Shown in pieces: positions 63,926 through 64,000 of a DNA stretch of 64,000 nucleotides. A program made the translations under genes and the position numbers. Position 1 is the stretch's first letter; each line of letters opens with the position of its first letter. The notes below the pieces were generated by a model. That model saw only the letters and a program-made list of their open reading frames with translations, was not told where the DNA came from and did not search any database. The DNA comes from Christensenellales bacterium. GTDB lineage: Bacteria > Bacillota > Clostridia > Christensenellales > CAG-917. Location of the stretch: the NCBI GenBank assembly GCA_051883555.1, contig JBJETY010000008.1, positions 3,885 to 67,884 of the forward strand, in the 5' to 3' direction.

Positions 63926-63965
63926 GTTTAACGTTAAACAATTAGTTTTGAAACAATTAGTTTTG
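63926..63965. promoter_or_regulatory. Candidate operator region upstream of azlCD (palindrome plus tandem 15-mer)
   Basis: Perfect 14-bp palindrome GTTTAACGTTAAAC (63926-63939), overlapping two exact tandem copies of AAACAATTAGTTTTG (63936-63950 and 63951-63965). Confidence 0.4.
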
Positions 63966-64000
63966 CGTTTAACGACAAATTTCAAATGGCTTGACACAAG

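Overview
This 64-kb window is a stretch of a low-GC Gram-positive chromosome that looks like Bacillota/Clostridia. Almost every gene is on the + strand, and translation and transcription genes dominate.

Gene order:
- ecfA1 (partial)-ecfA2-ecfT-truA, then rplM-rpsI and ispD.
- A BspA-type LRR gene, then ispF and an S4-domain rqcP-like gene on the minus strand.
- rpoB-rpoC-metK-recD2-comFC-secA-prfB-tsaD, then a lipoprotein gene.
- ybxF-rpsL-rpsG-fusA-tuf, followed directly by rpmG-secE-nusG-rplK-rplA-rplJ-rplL.
- A ~10.7-kb accessory segment (34.5-45.2 kb): a hierarchical tandem-repeat array, an AT-rich tract, a GH13 hydrolase, an ECF sigma/anti-sigma pair plus a paralogous lipoprotein, an RluA-family synthase, a small ORF and two tandem LRR lipoproteins.
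- The complete S10-spc-alpha cluster (rpsJ to rplQ, including secY-adk-map-KOW-infA-rpmJ).
- A Dabb-domain protein, a small membrane protein and azlCD (minus strand).

I found no rRNA or tRNA genes, no CRISPR array, no transposase or integrase, and no recognisable defence or toxin system. I cannot support a claim of a new multi-gene system here.

The most unusual items are:
1. A ~640-bp non-coding array of ~13.5 diverged 47-bp units with 142- and 284-bp higher-order periods, next to an AT-rich tract.
2. A 35-nt motif with an ECF-like TGCAAC element, shared upstream of the sigma gene and of a lipoprotein that is paralogous to the anti-sigma ectodomain.
3. Long low-complexity extensions on essential proteins: an AKP-rich tail on L24, an acidic N-terminus on SecE and an acidic tail on RpoB.
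4. metK translationally joined to rpoC with no room for a riboswitch.
5. prfB without the programmed frameshift.
6. A shuffled order of the classical ribosomal/RNAP blocks.

All functional calls come from reading the translated ORFs and from recalled family hallmarks. No database search was run.
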